A DNA stretch of 64,000 bases from Microbotryum violaceum (Eukaryota): NCBI GenBank assembly GCA_001244265.2, contig CDLV01000016.1, positions 434,001-498,000 of the forward strand, given 5' to 3'. The position numbers and the translations under genes were made by a program. Below the pieces are notes generated by a model. It searched no databases, was not told the DNA's origin, and worked only from the letters and a program-made list of their open reading frames with translations. Below are positions 10,932 through 22,844 of the stretch, piece after piece (within the stretch, counting starts at the first letter, position 1; each line of letters starts with the position of its first letter).

Positions 10932-12793
10932 ATAACGATCGCACACGCACACAAACTGCTCGACCAGGAACTCCCCACCGTTCCGGAAGCCCTTTTGGGT
11001 CAGCATCAGGATGTGCGACAGGCGTTGGTTTCGCTGGTAGGCACCGTCGATGGCGAGTCCGAACCCACCGTCGCTGCTGGTTCAACGCTCCACCCACCGA
11101 TGAACACCCTCTCTCTGCCCCTTCCCCCTCCCCCCCCACCACACACACATCCGGCTGTCTACTAGTCGTGATTCTCGACGGCTCGACGCTATTCTCCTCC
11201 GAGTGGTTCTCAGCCGCTCGGAGCGGCACCTCGCGACAAAAACAAACGCAACGGTTCGTCGGCTCAGTTCTTGCAGAGGCGGATCGCATCGTCGCGGCGA
11301 CGGCCGGACGAATCCACCTCGTGATCGTCTTCGACCACGCTTCGGCTCGTCCGGCCTTGAAGGCCCGGCGTACCCACACGTCGAGAGACAACGGGAACGG
11401 CGTCCGGCGCTCGCCCCAAGTCTCTCCCGACAATTTCCAAAGGAGAAGCTCCGACTAGCACACCGACCCCATGGCCGAATGGCTCACCGATTTCGGCGGT
11501 CAAGGCGAGCCGACCTTAGCGGGACACGTCTTCGACATGTCCTCGGAGGTCACCGTCATCATCTCGGCGCACGAAGCCGACCCCCTGATTGCGGCAAGCA
11601 CCCGAGTCGGGGTCATCGGCGGCGTACGCGTTCAAGGCGACCGTACCGCCCTCGCCAGCAAAGACTCGGACTTCTTCATGATGATCGGAAGTGAGCGTGC
11701 GAGATACCGATTAATTCCCTCCGTCAAGCATCGGGTGGTTCGAGTCATCGACCTCGAGATCCTCGAACGTCAGGGAAAGTTCCCCGGTGCGGAAGGAAGG
11801 TTCGTTGCGGGGTTGATGCTGGGATGTGACTACCTTCCAACCGGTATCGAAGGTTACGGGCCGACCAAGCTCGAAAAGTTGGATCCGTCAGTCTTTCAAC
11901 TCGCCACTTGGAGCCAAGGTTACGAACACGCCACAGCGGTCTTGCATCGAGTCGGCACTAAACTTGACGTTCGTACCATCTGCGATGCGATTACTCCCAT
12001 CCGCAACCTGTACGACTTCTATCGGTGCGACTTGGTCTCGAAGCTACCGAGCGCCCCGCGAGTCATCGAACATTCCCCCCGGGTCCTCTTCCCCGACACT
12101 TCGTTCGATGGGGGTTCGGACGAACACCTGCGTCGCCAGTCCACGCCCGCGCTGCGGCCGTTCCGTGCAACCCCGCTCCTGCAAGGGCGCCAAGGCCACG
12201 GATTCGAGCTGGGTCCCCTCCAGCCTCTCGCATTGATTCGCGATCGAAAGACACGACACGAGGCCGCGGCCGTTCGGCGACTCGAGGCCGTGCAGCCCGG
12301 GAGATGTGCGTCGACCCGCCAGATTGCGACCAAGGGCGCCGTCGGGGCGGATGGCTTTCACCTTTTGACCCCCGAGTGCCCGATCGTCGAGTTCGCATCG
12401 GAAGGCTCCAATAAGGCGAAGAAGAAGAAGATAACGACCCCAGCCCCGCCCAGGGTCAAGGCAATGTCTGCGAAACAGGGGCGGTGGGCACACGCGATCG
12501 CCTCGGGCCAATCTGCTACTACGTCTACCGGCGACTCGGACGGCTCAAAGGGCGCCGGGGCTCTGGCCCAGGTGTACAGGATGTTCACGATGTCGGGTGT
12601 ACTGGAAGATCTCGTGAGGGAGGTGGATGGTGGAGGCCCTGGCCTTGTGGAAGATTCCAAGAAGCGGCGGCGAAAGGCCAAACAGGCGAGGCGCCGGCAC
12701 AAGAAGGGTCGGAAGGCGACAAATCCGTCGACGAGCTCGGGAACGTCGCAGAAGTCGATCGAGACGGCCAGCGATGCCATGTCGATCGGTTGA
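10932..12793 (+). pseudogene. Intronless FEN1/XPG/EXO1-superfamily (PIN + H3TH) 5'-nuclease-like gene, disrupted
   Basis: Motifs in the expected order: VILDGS, VIVFD..RPALKA, AHEADPLIA, SKDSDFF, LMLGCDYLPTGIEGYGP. Basic tail KKRRRKAK. In-frame TAG at 11456-11458; probable ATG>ATA at 10932 and a frameshift near the C8 run at 11130-11137. Confidence 0.75.
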
Positions 12794-13291
12794 GCTCGAC
12801 GACCTGTCTTGCTCTTGGCTTACTCCTGGCGTACTCCCGGTGGCGCTCGTTCTCGCTTTCTTCCGCGTTCCGATCCCCTCCCTCCCCTGATGACACTCTA
12901 ATCGCACATCGAAGTTCTTTTCTGGATAGCCTCGTCGCCTCATGATTCGATCCCTAGGCACGTTTTCTTCGTCTTTTTCACGTACGCTTTGCACAAGTTA
13001 TAGGGTGCTATTCAGAACACAGATCATCACATCATCATATTGTGTGACTATTGCCTCGAGACTATAGCGCACCCCTCAGCAGGTGGGAGTAGCGAGTAGG
13101 CGGGGGAGCGGGGCAAAGAGGAGTGAAAAAGGGGGGGTTGACGCGGAGTCTGGCCGGGGAAGAGGGTTAAAGGGTTTTGGACCTGCGATCGCAGGGCACT
13201 ACTTCTTTCGAGTCAAAGTGAGAACTATCGTACGAGTTTGAGCTCTTAAGGCGATGGTTTACACTGCCTCGATACAAGGGCAGGGTGAAGA

Positions 13292-13293
<2 letters not shown>

Positions 13294-13329
<36 letters not shown>
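13294..13329. repeat. (GA)n microsatellite
   Basis: About 18 GA units. Confidence 0.95.
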
Positions 13330-13336
<7 letters not shown>

Positions 13337-14792
13337 AGAGACCAAAACCGGACTGCTAGCCATGAGAACCGTCGCCATGATGCTTCCCCGTAAGCAAAGA
13401 GTACGATGAACCCCCGCGAACCATGTACGTTTCATATCAACACCCATGAACATACCATCAAACTCCCCCTCAACCGATACATGGCCCCACAACGCTCACA
13501 TCTGATGACAAAACCCGGTCACCTGACCTTTCCAAGCGGCTTTTCCTCGAGAACTGTTCTGCTAGTTGGGCACTGCATACGATGTTGACGAATCAAGTCT
13601 CGGTACCTATCGAATTTCTGGCCGTGCGCCATAGCCACAGGGACAAGACGTGGTAACTGAGGCTCGCAGCCTGGCTACCGTTCCACGCACCCACGGGTCA
13701 CGGCACCAAGTTTTGTCATCAATGCCATCATCTTCCGCATTGAAGTCCCACTCCTTAAGCCTGAATGCACCGTTGTATTTCGCGTCGATAGAGTGATGAC
13801 TCAAATCGTCGCTCGAATGATCCCTCATGTCAAAGTCAACTCCTTCGTTCGTGTTGTCGTCCGTCTCATCAATCGTGTCACCGGGGCCGCTGCCGGCAAA
13901 TGAAGCCAAATTCCGCAGGTCACCCGCTGTCGTTCGCTGAAAAAGTTTAGCGTCGTCGGTACACCAAAGCCGAAGCTCCACGCACCCCTCCATCTGTTGT
14001 TCGCGCACGTCCCGGATGCACCGCCACAAGTAATCAAGGCTCAAGATCGATGGCGATGGAGGAGGGTTCGGTCGGCGTTTTGCACGCCGCCTCGTCAGGA
14101 TGCCGTGGATATTGTGGGATCCGGTCGCATCCGCCATTTGAGCTTGTCAAGGCCAATAGAAGTCGTAGCGGCAGCAAGTTTTGGACTTGGTCGCCTCGAC
14201 AACGATCATTTCCGGCGGCCAAGACTCGGAGAGGAGGGAGGCTAAAGATGGCTTACGGGAGGGAGATGAAGAGGAGGTGGTGTTGTACGGGCCTTCAGTT
14301 TTGCACCGCCAAGACTCGGAAAATGACAAGCAATGGTGGGATCAGTAGGGCAGGATTTGGATGGAAGACCGGGCCCGATGTGCGGATGAAGCGGTGAAGG
14401 GGAATGAAGAGAGAACAGCGGTTTGAACGACCGGGACGTTTGAGGGGAGTTTGCTTCTTGACTTCAGGTAGACCACTTTCAGGACCAATTTTCTGTTTCC
14501 ACTTGTCTCTCGCTTTTTGCGTGTTTCACGTCTCGTTCGGCATCGTCTCCAGTCTCCGACCTCAGCGTTTCGTTCTCGAACTCTGTCTCTCTCGTGTCTC
14601 TCGCAAGTCGGGTGTCTTAAAAGCTCGTAGTCATACCTTAGCCCTCATGTTATCATACCATCTTTGATTGATAACATCTTTGATTGCTAACGCCAGCAGC
14701 GTAGCCGGAGGATTTTACAAAAGCCTCGCTCTTCGGGGACAAGCCTAGAGCGGCTCCTTTTCTCATTCTCATACGTGGCAGGACCTCATCCT

Positions 14793-14816
14793 CTTCTTCT
14801 TCTTCTTCTTCTTCTT
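14793..14816. repeat. (CTT)8 microsatellite
   Basis: Direct reading. Confidence 0.9.
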
Positions 14817-14949
14817 CCCCCCCTCCTTTGGTCCCGTGGTCGCCCCGTTCTCGATGATCGTGTCGGCCGCCTTCTTCTTCCTCCTCGTGAATTTCTTACG
14901 CTTGGTCTTGGTCTGTCTTTCTTGTCTTTCCCATCTAGGGACGCAAGAT

Positions 14950-15735
14950 TAGCTTGTGGTAGTGGCAGTGCGTGTCGCAGGGAGTCCATGCTTGAAACGA
15001 TGCCGATGGGTGCATTGCGATGGAGGAAGGTTCGAAGCTTGAAAGTGGGGGTGCCACTGGCCAATGTGTGCCGAGGCCAAGGGCCGATTAGCGTAGGCGA
15101 GTAGCAAGTGCACTACTTGGCCGCTACTAGTATGTTGCCTCCGGGCGCGGGCGGTGGGGGAGGGATGGTATACCATTCTGTACCAACGGTTTCCTGGGCC
15201 AAATTTCCAAAAGCTGTCTTAACGCGTTACGATGTGCATAAAATACAATCTGTCGTTCTTGACCGATAGGCTGAAAGCAGGTGTTGTACAATGTGTAGCC
15301 GGACAAGCAGGTCAAGGTCGTGGTGCTGTTGCAGGTCACGGCGTTCGGATCGGTGCAAGGCAGGCATTGTTTGGCTGGAGGGTGCCCGAGCGGACGATAC
15401 AATCGAGATCAGTATTGAAACTATGTGACAAGATTGGGTGGTAGAGCGATGAATCGCAATGACTCACCATCCGGGCTGAGGCAAGTACCAGGAGTCTTGC
15501 TGCAGTCCACGGCTGCGCACCTGCTCAGTGGAGGTCATAGATAGGGGCTCAAAGTCAGCCCAATCGCCTGAATTGGCCCCAGTACCAAGGCTGAGCGGCA
15601 TGATAGATTCTCGCCCGCCATCTCGAGGGGCTTCGACGCGCGAAAGCCATTCTTCCCAAGCGAGCATAACGCCATCAACGCATCTGCCCCCATGCAAATC
15701 AATGCGCCGCCAAAGTGGCAGTGATTTGAAACCAA
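14950..15735 (-). pseudogene. Remnant of a cysteine-rich repeat (furin/growth-factor-receptor-like) protein gene
   Basis: Spliced reading CAAVDCSKTPGTCLSPD|AKQCLPCTDPNAVTCNSTTTLTCLSGYTLYNTC through a GTGAGT..CAG intron (about 15375-15467). In-frame TGA at 15535-15537 just upstream; no clean start found. Confidence 0.45.
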
Positions 15736-16222
15736 CGTTCTTCATGTCTTGGCCCAGCTTTTGGGTCATGCAGTACAGACCCTGCACCCATTTCCGAACA
15801 GGCGGCTTTCAGTACCGAGCGTCGCATCGCATTTTTTTTTGTGTAACTGGGCTCATAAATTACGATCCTTCGGGTTGGCTAGAATCGCTACAAAAAGAGC
15901 TAAAGAGGTAATAAGCAGATCAAGCTCGTCACGTCGGACCGTCCTGACTGATTATCCGGATCGACTCGAGCACGTCCCACTCGCTTTGATGATCTCCCTC
16001 TCTTCCTTGCTTCCGCTACACCGGCTCAGCTTCATTCACTTCTACTGGCCTCCCGTCTGGTGTAATACCTACACCGTCTCCACCGGCGCTTCTCGAAGAA
16101 AACGTTGATCGTTTCTCTCCTCTTCGACCTCTCCCGACTCGTCGCTACGGTAAAGACTGACCGACCAGCGACCACGTACGGCCACCTTCTCAATCTTCAC
16201 CTACCACGAACCCACCATCACT

Positions 16223-17970
16223 ATGTCGAGAATGAACACCCGAGCTGTGCTCGCCCTTGTACTCGTCGCATCGCTTCAAGCACTCGCTTCGCCCATCACC
16301 GGCATCACCTTCGCCGCCGGACCCGAGCAAGCCTTGGCGGTCCGTGCGCCTGCACCCGCCGCTGCAGCCACCGCGCGATCCCGTGTTCAACAACTTGGTG
16401 CAGATCGATATGTACAACTCGCCACTCTTCACACCCGCGACGATGAACATCTCTTGGAGGCCCGACTTCTCAATCACATGATGATCGAGCCAGGTTTGGC
16501 TATCCGAGCGGCTGACGAATCCGAGAGCGAGGACACCGAGGAGGCTGAGACAGATGACGAAGCCGAGGTCGAGGAGACGGTTGAGGAGGTCATCGAGCGC
16601 CGCGGCAATTCACGGGTGTTTGCTACGTCGGCTCGCTCCATTCTGGCCGGAATGAGACCGTAAGCTCATTTGATTCCAGCAGCGAAGCTACCGCAGGTTC
16701 CTTAGACTAACGTCGTGGAGTCCCCGTTGCTACTCTCTCTCAGCCCTCACGTCATTCCCAATCCGAAAGATCCTGACTTTGGCAAGCTTACGGCCACGCC
16801 CGTGCGCACAACCACCACGACTGCGTCCGCCAAGTCGACAGCGACCACAACCCCAAGAGCAACGACCGCTCCATCGACGACGATGACAACGACGACGACG
16901 ACCACCACCACCACGACGTCCACACGGGATGCTGCTGCCGCGTCGATTCCGACCGGGCTCGGTTGCTTCCCCAGCAACGTCAAGTCGATCCCGACCGGTG
17001 TGAACTACACCGCCACTGATCTCGCTTCCAGCTGGTGGTGCGCCGACTCGAGTGAATACGCCTTCATAGGCTTCTCTTATTCGGTCGATGAATGCCAGTC
17101 CCCTTCGACGTTGCTCGCCAGCTTTACGCGCATGCGCAAGCAATTCGGCGCTCGCGACGTTCGTCTCTATGGCGCGTGCGACGCGACCTGGTTCAATGAC
17201 GCTCTCGTCGATGCTGCTGCTTCGGCGAACCTCGATGTCTACCACTTGATTTGGTTCGGCTTCGATGGTGACGACCAACGGAAGAGCCGCTACAGCGCTT
17301 TTGTCAAGACGATGCGCACGAACCCCAAGGCCCCGTTCGTGTTTAAGAACGTTGCCATCGGGTCCGAGCCGCTGTACGACGGGGTACTTTCGGCTACCAA
17401 CTTGGTGACCGAGATATTCAGTATGAAGAGTAAGATGGCGCCGTATGGAACAAAGGCCACCTTCTCCGAGATGCCATACGGGCTGCAAATCAACAACGGC
17501 GCACCGTCTACCATGGCCGCGGCCGACTTCGTCGAAGGCAACGTCCTCCCCTTCTTCGACTCGCAGGCCACGGCCGGAACAAACGCCTGGGGGGTCGTTT
17601 CCTGGTCACTCAGCTACTTTGCTTCGCTTGCACCGGGAAAGATCATTCGGTAAGGTCAATTCATGCCTTCGTTGTTTGCGATCGGCCCTAGCTGAGTCAC
17701 CGTCCCGGTACTCTTTGACTGCGCAGCATGACCCAAACCGGCTGGCCGTCCGATCAGTCGGTGTGGAAGGCCAACACCCCAACGGCCGTTTCCAGCATCT
17801 CGAGCCAGGCATCCTACTACGCCTTACTCGACTCCAAGTGCTCCTGGTTCAAGGCAAACGGGGGCATCGGGTGGTTCGCGCACATCTACTCCGATGACTC
17901 ACTCCCGGGGTGGGGCTTGCTCAACAACGGCAATCTCAAGTTCCCCTTCGCGCCCAAGTCTTCGTGCTAG
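16223..17970 (+). CDS. Secreted glycoside hydrolase family 17-like protein (3 exons), nucleophile position Gln
   Basis: Signal peptide (AVLALVLVASLQALA), acidic pro-region, Thr-rich linker, and GH17 barrel motifs VRLYGACD, AIGSEPLY, NVLPFF, MTQTGWPS, GIGWFAH. Introns 16660-16743 and about 17650-17726. Confidence 0.85.
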
Positions 17971-18156
17971 AGCATTCTATTATCTGTACTGGTCGTAGTT
18001 GTTGGGTAGTGGCGTAGCCTTCGATGTATTCCAGATATCACCCAATCTGAAGGTATCGGCTTCTATTCTGGGGCTTAGAAAACTCAGATATATCCCATTT
18101 GGTCATGAAGGTGTCCCGGCAGAAAATCACGAGACTGCCTCGACTTCCGATATAAT

Positions 18157-18880
18157 TTACGTGCACGCGAAGGACGAGGCCTTGGTAGGGTCACCGTTCG
18201 TGTAGTAGCCAAATTTGGGCCAGCGGCACATGCGGCGTTCGAAGGCCACACCAAGTCGCTTGTCGCCGTTGACGTAGTTGACACCGACAAGTGAATCGGG
18301 CGCCTGGTTCTTCTCGACCCATGCGATGAGCGCGAGGATCATATCGTCCTTGGCGGTGAAGGTCGCGCTCTGAAGGTTCCCCCCAAGGGAGATGTCACTT
18401 TGGCTGGCCTGACCGAGGTTGAACGCACTGTTGCCGCCCCCGCAGTGCGACATGCCCGGGATCGCGAAAAGACGGTACGATTCGTCGACGTTGCCGAGCT
18501 TGGTCTTGACGCGATCATAGTACAGGAGCGACGAGCGCGCCGGGATGAGGCTATCGGCGAGATCAACATAGGTGATGAGCTTGCCACGACTGAGGAATTT
18601 ACTGATGTCAGGGTCGATGGCGTTCGTCTGTCCGGGGTCCATGTCGTCAGCGATCTTGAGGAGCTTCTCGAACTCGGCTTCCGAGTTGACCGTGAGGGGT
18701 TGCGGGCTCGTCTTGTTTAAGACTTGGTAGCTGGGTGATGGTCGGAGGCACTAGATCCGATCAGAGAGCGTGGAAGTACAAGGACAGGTGTAAGGTCAGG
18801 CTCACGTGAAATAATCGGGTGAAGGGCCATAGGGGACGCCGGGAGGGCCGTCGGCTCCGGCGAGGACACCAGGGTAATAA
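18157..18880 (-). pseudogene. Tannase/feruloyl esterase family gene, 3' half only
   Basis: GVPYGPSPDYF|YQVLN, GKLITYVDLADSLIP, YRLFAIPGMSHCGGG, ALIAWVEKNQAPD, RRMCRWP..GDPTKASSFAC. The upstream part, including the catalytic Ser motif, is absent and Copia sequence begins at about 18881. Confidence 0.85.
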
Positions 18881-21800
18881 GTTAACGACAATGTCACCTT
18901 CTCGTACCCGTTCTCGAACGAAATGCTCCGTCAGGCGTAGGTGCTTAGTCCGATCGTGGTACACCGGGTTCTTTGTGAGAGCTATCGCGCCTTGATTGTC
19001 GCCTTTCAGCTCGATCGGCCCACAAATCGTGATTCCCAATTCCGCGAGCAAATTTCGCAAGAACTGACACTCTCGAGACGCATGAGTAAGGCCGATGTAT
19101 TCCGCTTCCGTTGACGACGTCGCCGCTCGGCTCTGGATCCGAGAACTCCAAGAAATTGGCCCGTCAGCCAGCTTGAAGACATGCCCCATTGTAGATCGGG
19201 ATGTGTTGATGCAGGAACCCCAGTCTGAATCCGAGTATCCCACGTATCCAACCAACGAATCACGTTTCGCCTTGTAGACAATGCCGAGTTCGAGAGTTCC
19301 CTTGATGTAGCGTAGGATCTTCAGAACTGCCGCCGAATGGTCGCTGCCCGCCTTGTTCGTGAATCTTGCCAAGTACGACACCGGGTATGCAAGATCAGGC
19401 CGAGTTGCAACGACGGCGTACATCAAAGATCCAATCGCCGACCTGTACTGCGTCTGTAACAAGGGATCCGGAGTGTCGCAGGGTTTGAGCTGAAGACCCG
19501 GTTGCATTGGTAATACACTCTTGTTAGCATCCGCCATGCCGAATCTTGCAAGTACATCGAGCAAATACTGTCGCTGCGACAACGCAATCCCGCCCGCTTG
19601 ACGAATGAGCTGGACGCCAAGGATGTACTCTGCATTGCCGAGACGTTTGACTCCGTACAATCGATCCAATTCGTCGAGCACGCGATCAATTTCGGATAAG
19701 TCGGGACCGACGAACAGCAAGTCATCGACGTAAACCGCGATGTAATAATCGTCTTTGCCAAGTGTTCGATGATAGACACACTCTTCGCTCCGAAGACGAT
19801 TGTAACCAAGCTTGACGAGGGTCTTATGGATCGTCTCGTTCCATACCCGGCCGGCCTGCTTGAGACCGTAAATCGAGCGGTGCAACTTGAGACAGACATT
19901 GTCGGGCAGTCGGATTCCCTCCGGTACGCGCTTGTACAATTCCTCTTCAAGTTCGCCATGCAAATAGGCCTTGTCAATGTCCGCTTGGATGATGTGGTAA
20001 CCCCGGGCCGCCGCCAACGCGATGAGAGTACGAATCGAGACAAACTTCGCTGTCGGTGCGAACGTCTCTTTGAAGTCAATTCCCGGCCGTTTCGTGAAGC
20101 CTCGTGCAACAAGTCGAGCTTTGTACGAAGTCGGCCGACCATCCTTGTCCCGTTTCGTTCGGAAAACGAACTTGGACCCGAGAACCTTGGCGCCGGCGGG
20201 AAGCTCGTCTCGTTTCATAATCGTAAAGACTGAGTAATCATCACGCAATGACTCGAACTCATCGATTGCACCTTGCGCCCATTCGTGAGACTTGTGGTGG
20301 GCCATGGCTGCCTTCCAAGTCGTGGGATCACTAGTCGGCAAAACAAACGGACCGAGGAAGATCATCGGAAAGCCCCGTGGCCGGAGCTTCTTACGTTGTT
20401 CGGTATTCGCCGTTTGCCAGGCTCGACATCCGAAGACCCGTAAGTGATGAACGTAAGCAGGTTTCCCGGTCCATTCCCGAAATGGCACCTTGCCACCAAG
20501 GGCAGAGTGTGGGGAACGATTCTTCACATACACGTATCTAGCCACGGCTTCGGCCCAAAACATCGTGGGCAGACCGGATTCATACAGCATCGTTCGAGCT
20601 GCTTCCGAAATCGAGCGCCTGGCCCTTTCGGCGACACCGTTTTGCTCGGCGTGCTGGGGATCGTGAGTTGTCGCGACAAACCCGTGTCGTCCAACCATTG
20701 CTTGAACTCCGTCGAAAGGAACTCGCCACCGCGGTCCGAACGGACAACTTTCAAAGTGTGCCCTGACGACAGCTCGACCCGTAGTTTCCACGTTTTGAAC
20801 CTTTCAAAGGAGTCCGACTTTCGCGGCAGCGTCAACACCCACATGTACCGCGTACAATCGTCGACGATAACTAGCGCGTAGCGATGATTTGCAAGTGACA
20901 GCTCGCCGTCGAAGGACAAAAGATCGATGTGGACGAGATCGGGGGGTTTTCCGGCTCGCGATTCGGAGTTTAGGAACGGCTTGTGCGTAGCTTTGCCGGC
21001 CAGACACAATTCGCATTTCAAGTCACTGCGAGACTTCATGTTCAAACCTGTCACAGCGTCAGACTTGGACAGCTGGTGAAGGGAACGGCAGTGCAGATGA
21101 GCGAAACGTCCGTGCCAGGTGTGGAGAGGCACTGCTGTCAGAGCTGTGGCTGACGCACAATCAAGGGGTGCACTTCGAGCGCGAACCAACTTGGGGTCCA
21201 GACGGTACAACCCCGAATTGAGCTTCTGTCCCGTGAGTAGGATGTCGCCATTTCCCACCACCGTGAATCGCCCGTTTTGAATGGTGATCTTGCGACTATC
21301 ACGATCGGCTCGACGCCCGGCGAAGAGATTGGCGGGGGTACTAGGGACGAAGACGCTGTTGACCAAGTTGTACCTCTTGCCGTTCTTGTCTTCGACGCAG
21401 GCCGTGCCTACTCCCATGATGGTCTTTCCCTCACCATTGATGCCCTTTAACGAAGACGGAGCTGTCGCCTTCAGGTCGGCGAACGCGGCAGGATCATTGA
21501 TGACATGATGAGTCGCTGCCGTGTCGTAGAGGATCATTTCTCGAGAGTGCTTCTTTGGTAATTGCGTGAAGAACGCGCCAACAGAATCGATCCCCAGAAT
21601 GTCTTCAACCGAACGGAGCGCCAAATTCGCCATCGGTTCCTCGCCTTTGGTCGTCTTGCGTCGTGAAGACTTCTTCTTCTTCGGCTTGGAACAGTTTTTG
21701 TTGAAGTGGGTGTCTTCACCGCAGTTCCAGCAGGGGCCGGGTGGCTTCGGTTGGGCACCAGTCGTAGCCAACAACGCCGTCGCAGCGTTCCCAGTATCTT

Positions 21801-22340
21801 GACTCAAGTTTGCTGGAGCTCGACCCGCTGCGATCACTGTGTCGACAGTTGGTATCGCATCGACGCCTTTGGATTCGAACTGATCCAGATACGACGGTCG
21901 TCGAGCCCCCACAATTGCAATGAGGTGGCATGCAACTACTCGATCCAACGTCAAATTGTGAGCCCGTAGGTCAGTTGTGAGGCGAGTGATGGATCCGGCC
22001 CAAGGAAGATAATCGTCTTCCTGTGCTGGTGGCGGTCCGACCGAGAACAACTTTCCGACCTGCGTGATAATGCCGCGAAGGGAAGACCGACCGAGGTGCT
22101 TTCGAAGGTATTCGACCGTCTGCTCCGGCATCATGTCGTAGCACCTGACCAGAAGATGCGCCACACTTTCTGAGCAGGTTTAATGCATTGCCTTGTGTAC
22201 CGCATCATGAGCTCGATCGAGTTCATCGTCGTCCTTGCATTTAGCGGATGGGTACTGCTTGGGAAAGGAGAGCTGCCACTGACGCCTGTCGACGGTGAAG
22301 CGAACGTGGTCGAGCCATACGTCGAGGTTGTTATTTTTTC
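18881..22340 (-). mobile_element. Ty1/Copia LTR retrotransposon relic (gag-PR-IN-RT-RH), no LTRs found
   Basis: Zn knuckle CWNCGEDTHFNKNC, protease YDTAATHH, HHCC WHGRFAH..CELC, integrase VIVDD/RSDRGGEF/QNGVAER, RT YKARLVARG/SIYGLKQAG/YVDDLL, RNase H YSDSDW/SSTEAEY/DNQGAI. Stop in gag at 22180-22182, frameshift at about 20648, RNase H C-terminus truncated. Confidence 0.95.
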
Positions 22341-22844
22341 AAACTCGCAAATGCAGGGAAACGAGAAGCTTGCGAGTGGGTTAAAGGGTCTGCGTCGACG
22401 GACGTGTCGATGATTGACTGATCGCCAGACATGGTGGAGCGTCTGATTCGAGGTGGTTCAATACGTTAGAACGCTCGAATCAGAAGGAAGCTAAGAGATT
22501 GAATTCGATTGAACCCCGCGCGCGCTCGCGCTCATGTAGCCTGCAGAGTGTACTCCTCAAGTGTCAACTCAACACATTTCGGATCATCGTCGAGTTCGAT
22601 CAGGTTTCGCTCCTCGGCTCCTTCCTCGACCGGACCTCTGTTTCTGTGTGTGTGCGTGTGTGTGCCATCGTGCGTGCATCCGCCTCTAGCCGATCGACGG
22701 TCCAAAAAGCGGGGGATATTCTTAACTCTCTACGACACTACGATTATCTACAACACGTGCTCGCGCGGACGCATACAGGCACCCAGCTGACGACGAGTTG
22801 ACGCCGGCCGACACACAACGCACACACAACTCAAGCTGCGTGCC

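Noticed and set aside
13607-14137. 176-aa minus-strand ORF with an acidic middle
   Set aside because: No recognisable domain or supported gene structure; may be a TE or gene remnant but cannot be called.
15847-15860. TTTATGAGCCCAG on the minus strand, resembling a Copia primer-binding site
   Set aside because: Imperfect match with no adjacent LTR or gag sequence.
22340-22840. Search for a Copia 5' LTR
   Set aside because: No PBS or repeat partner found; the region looks like the RhoGAP promoter and leader.
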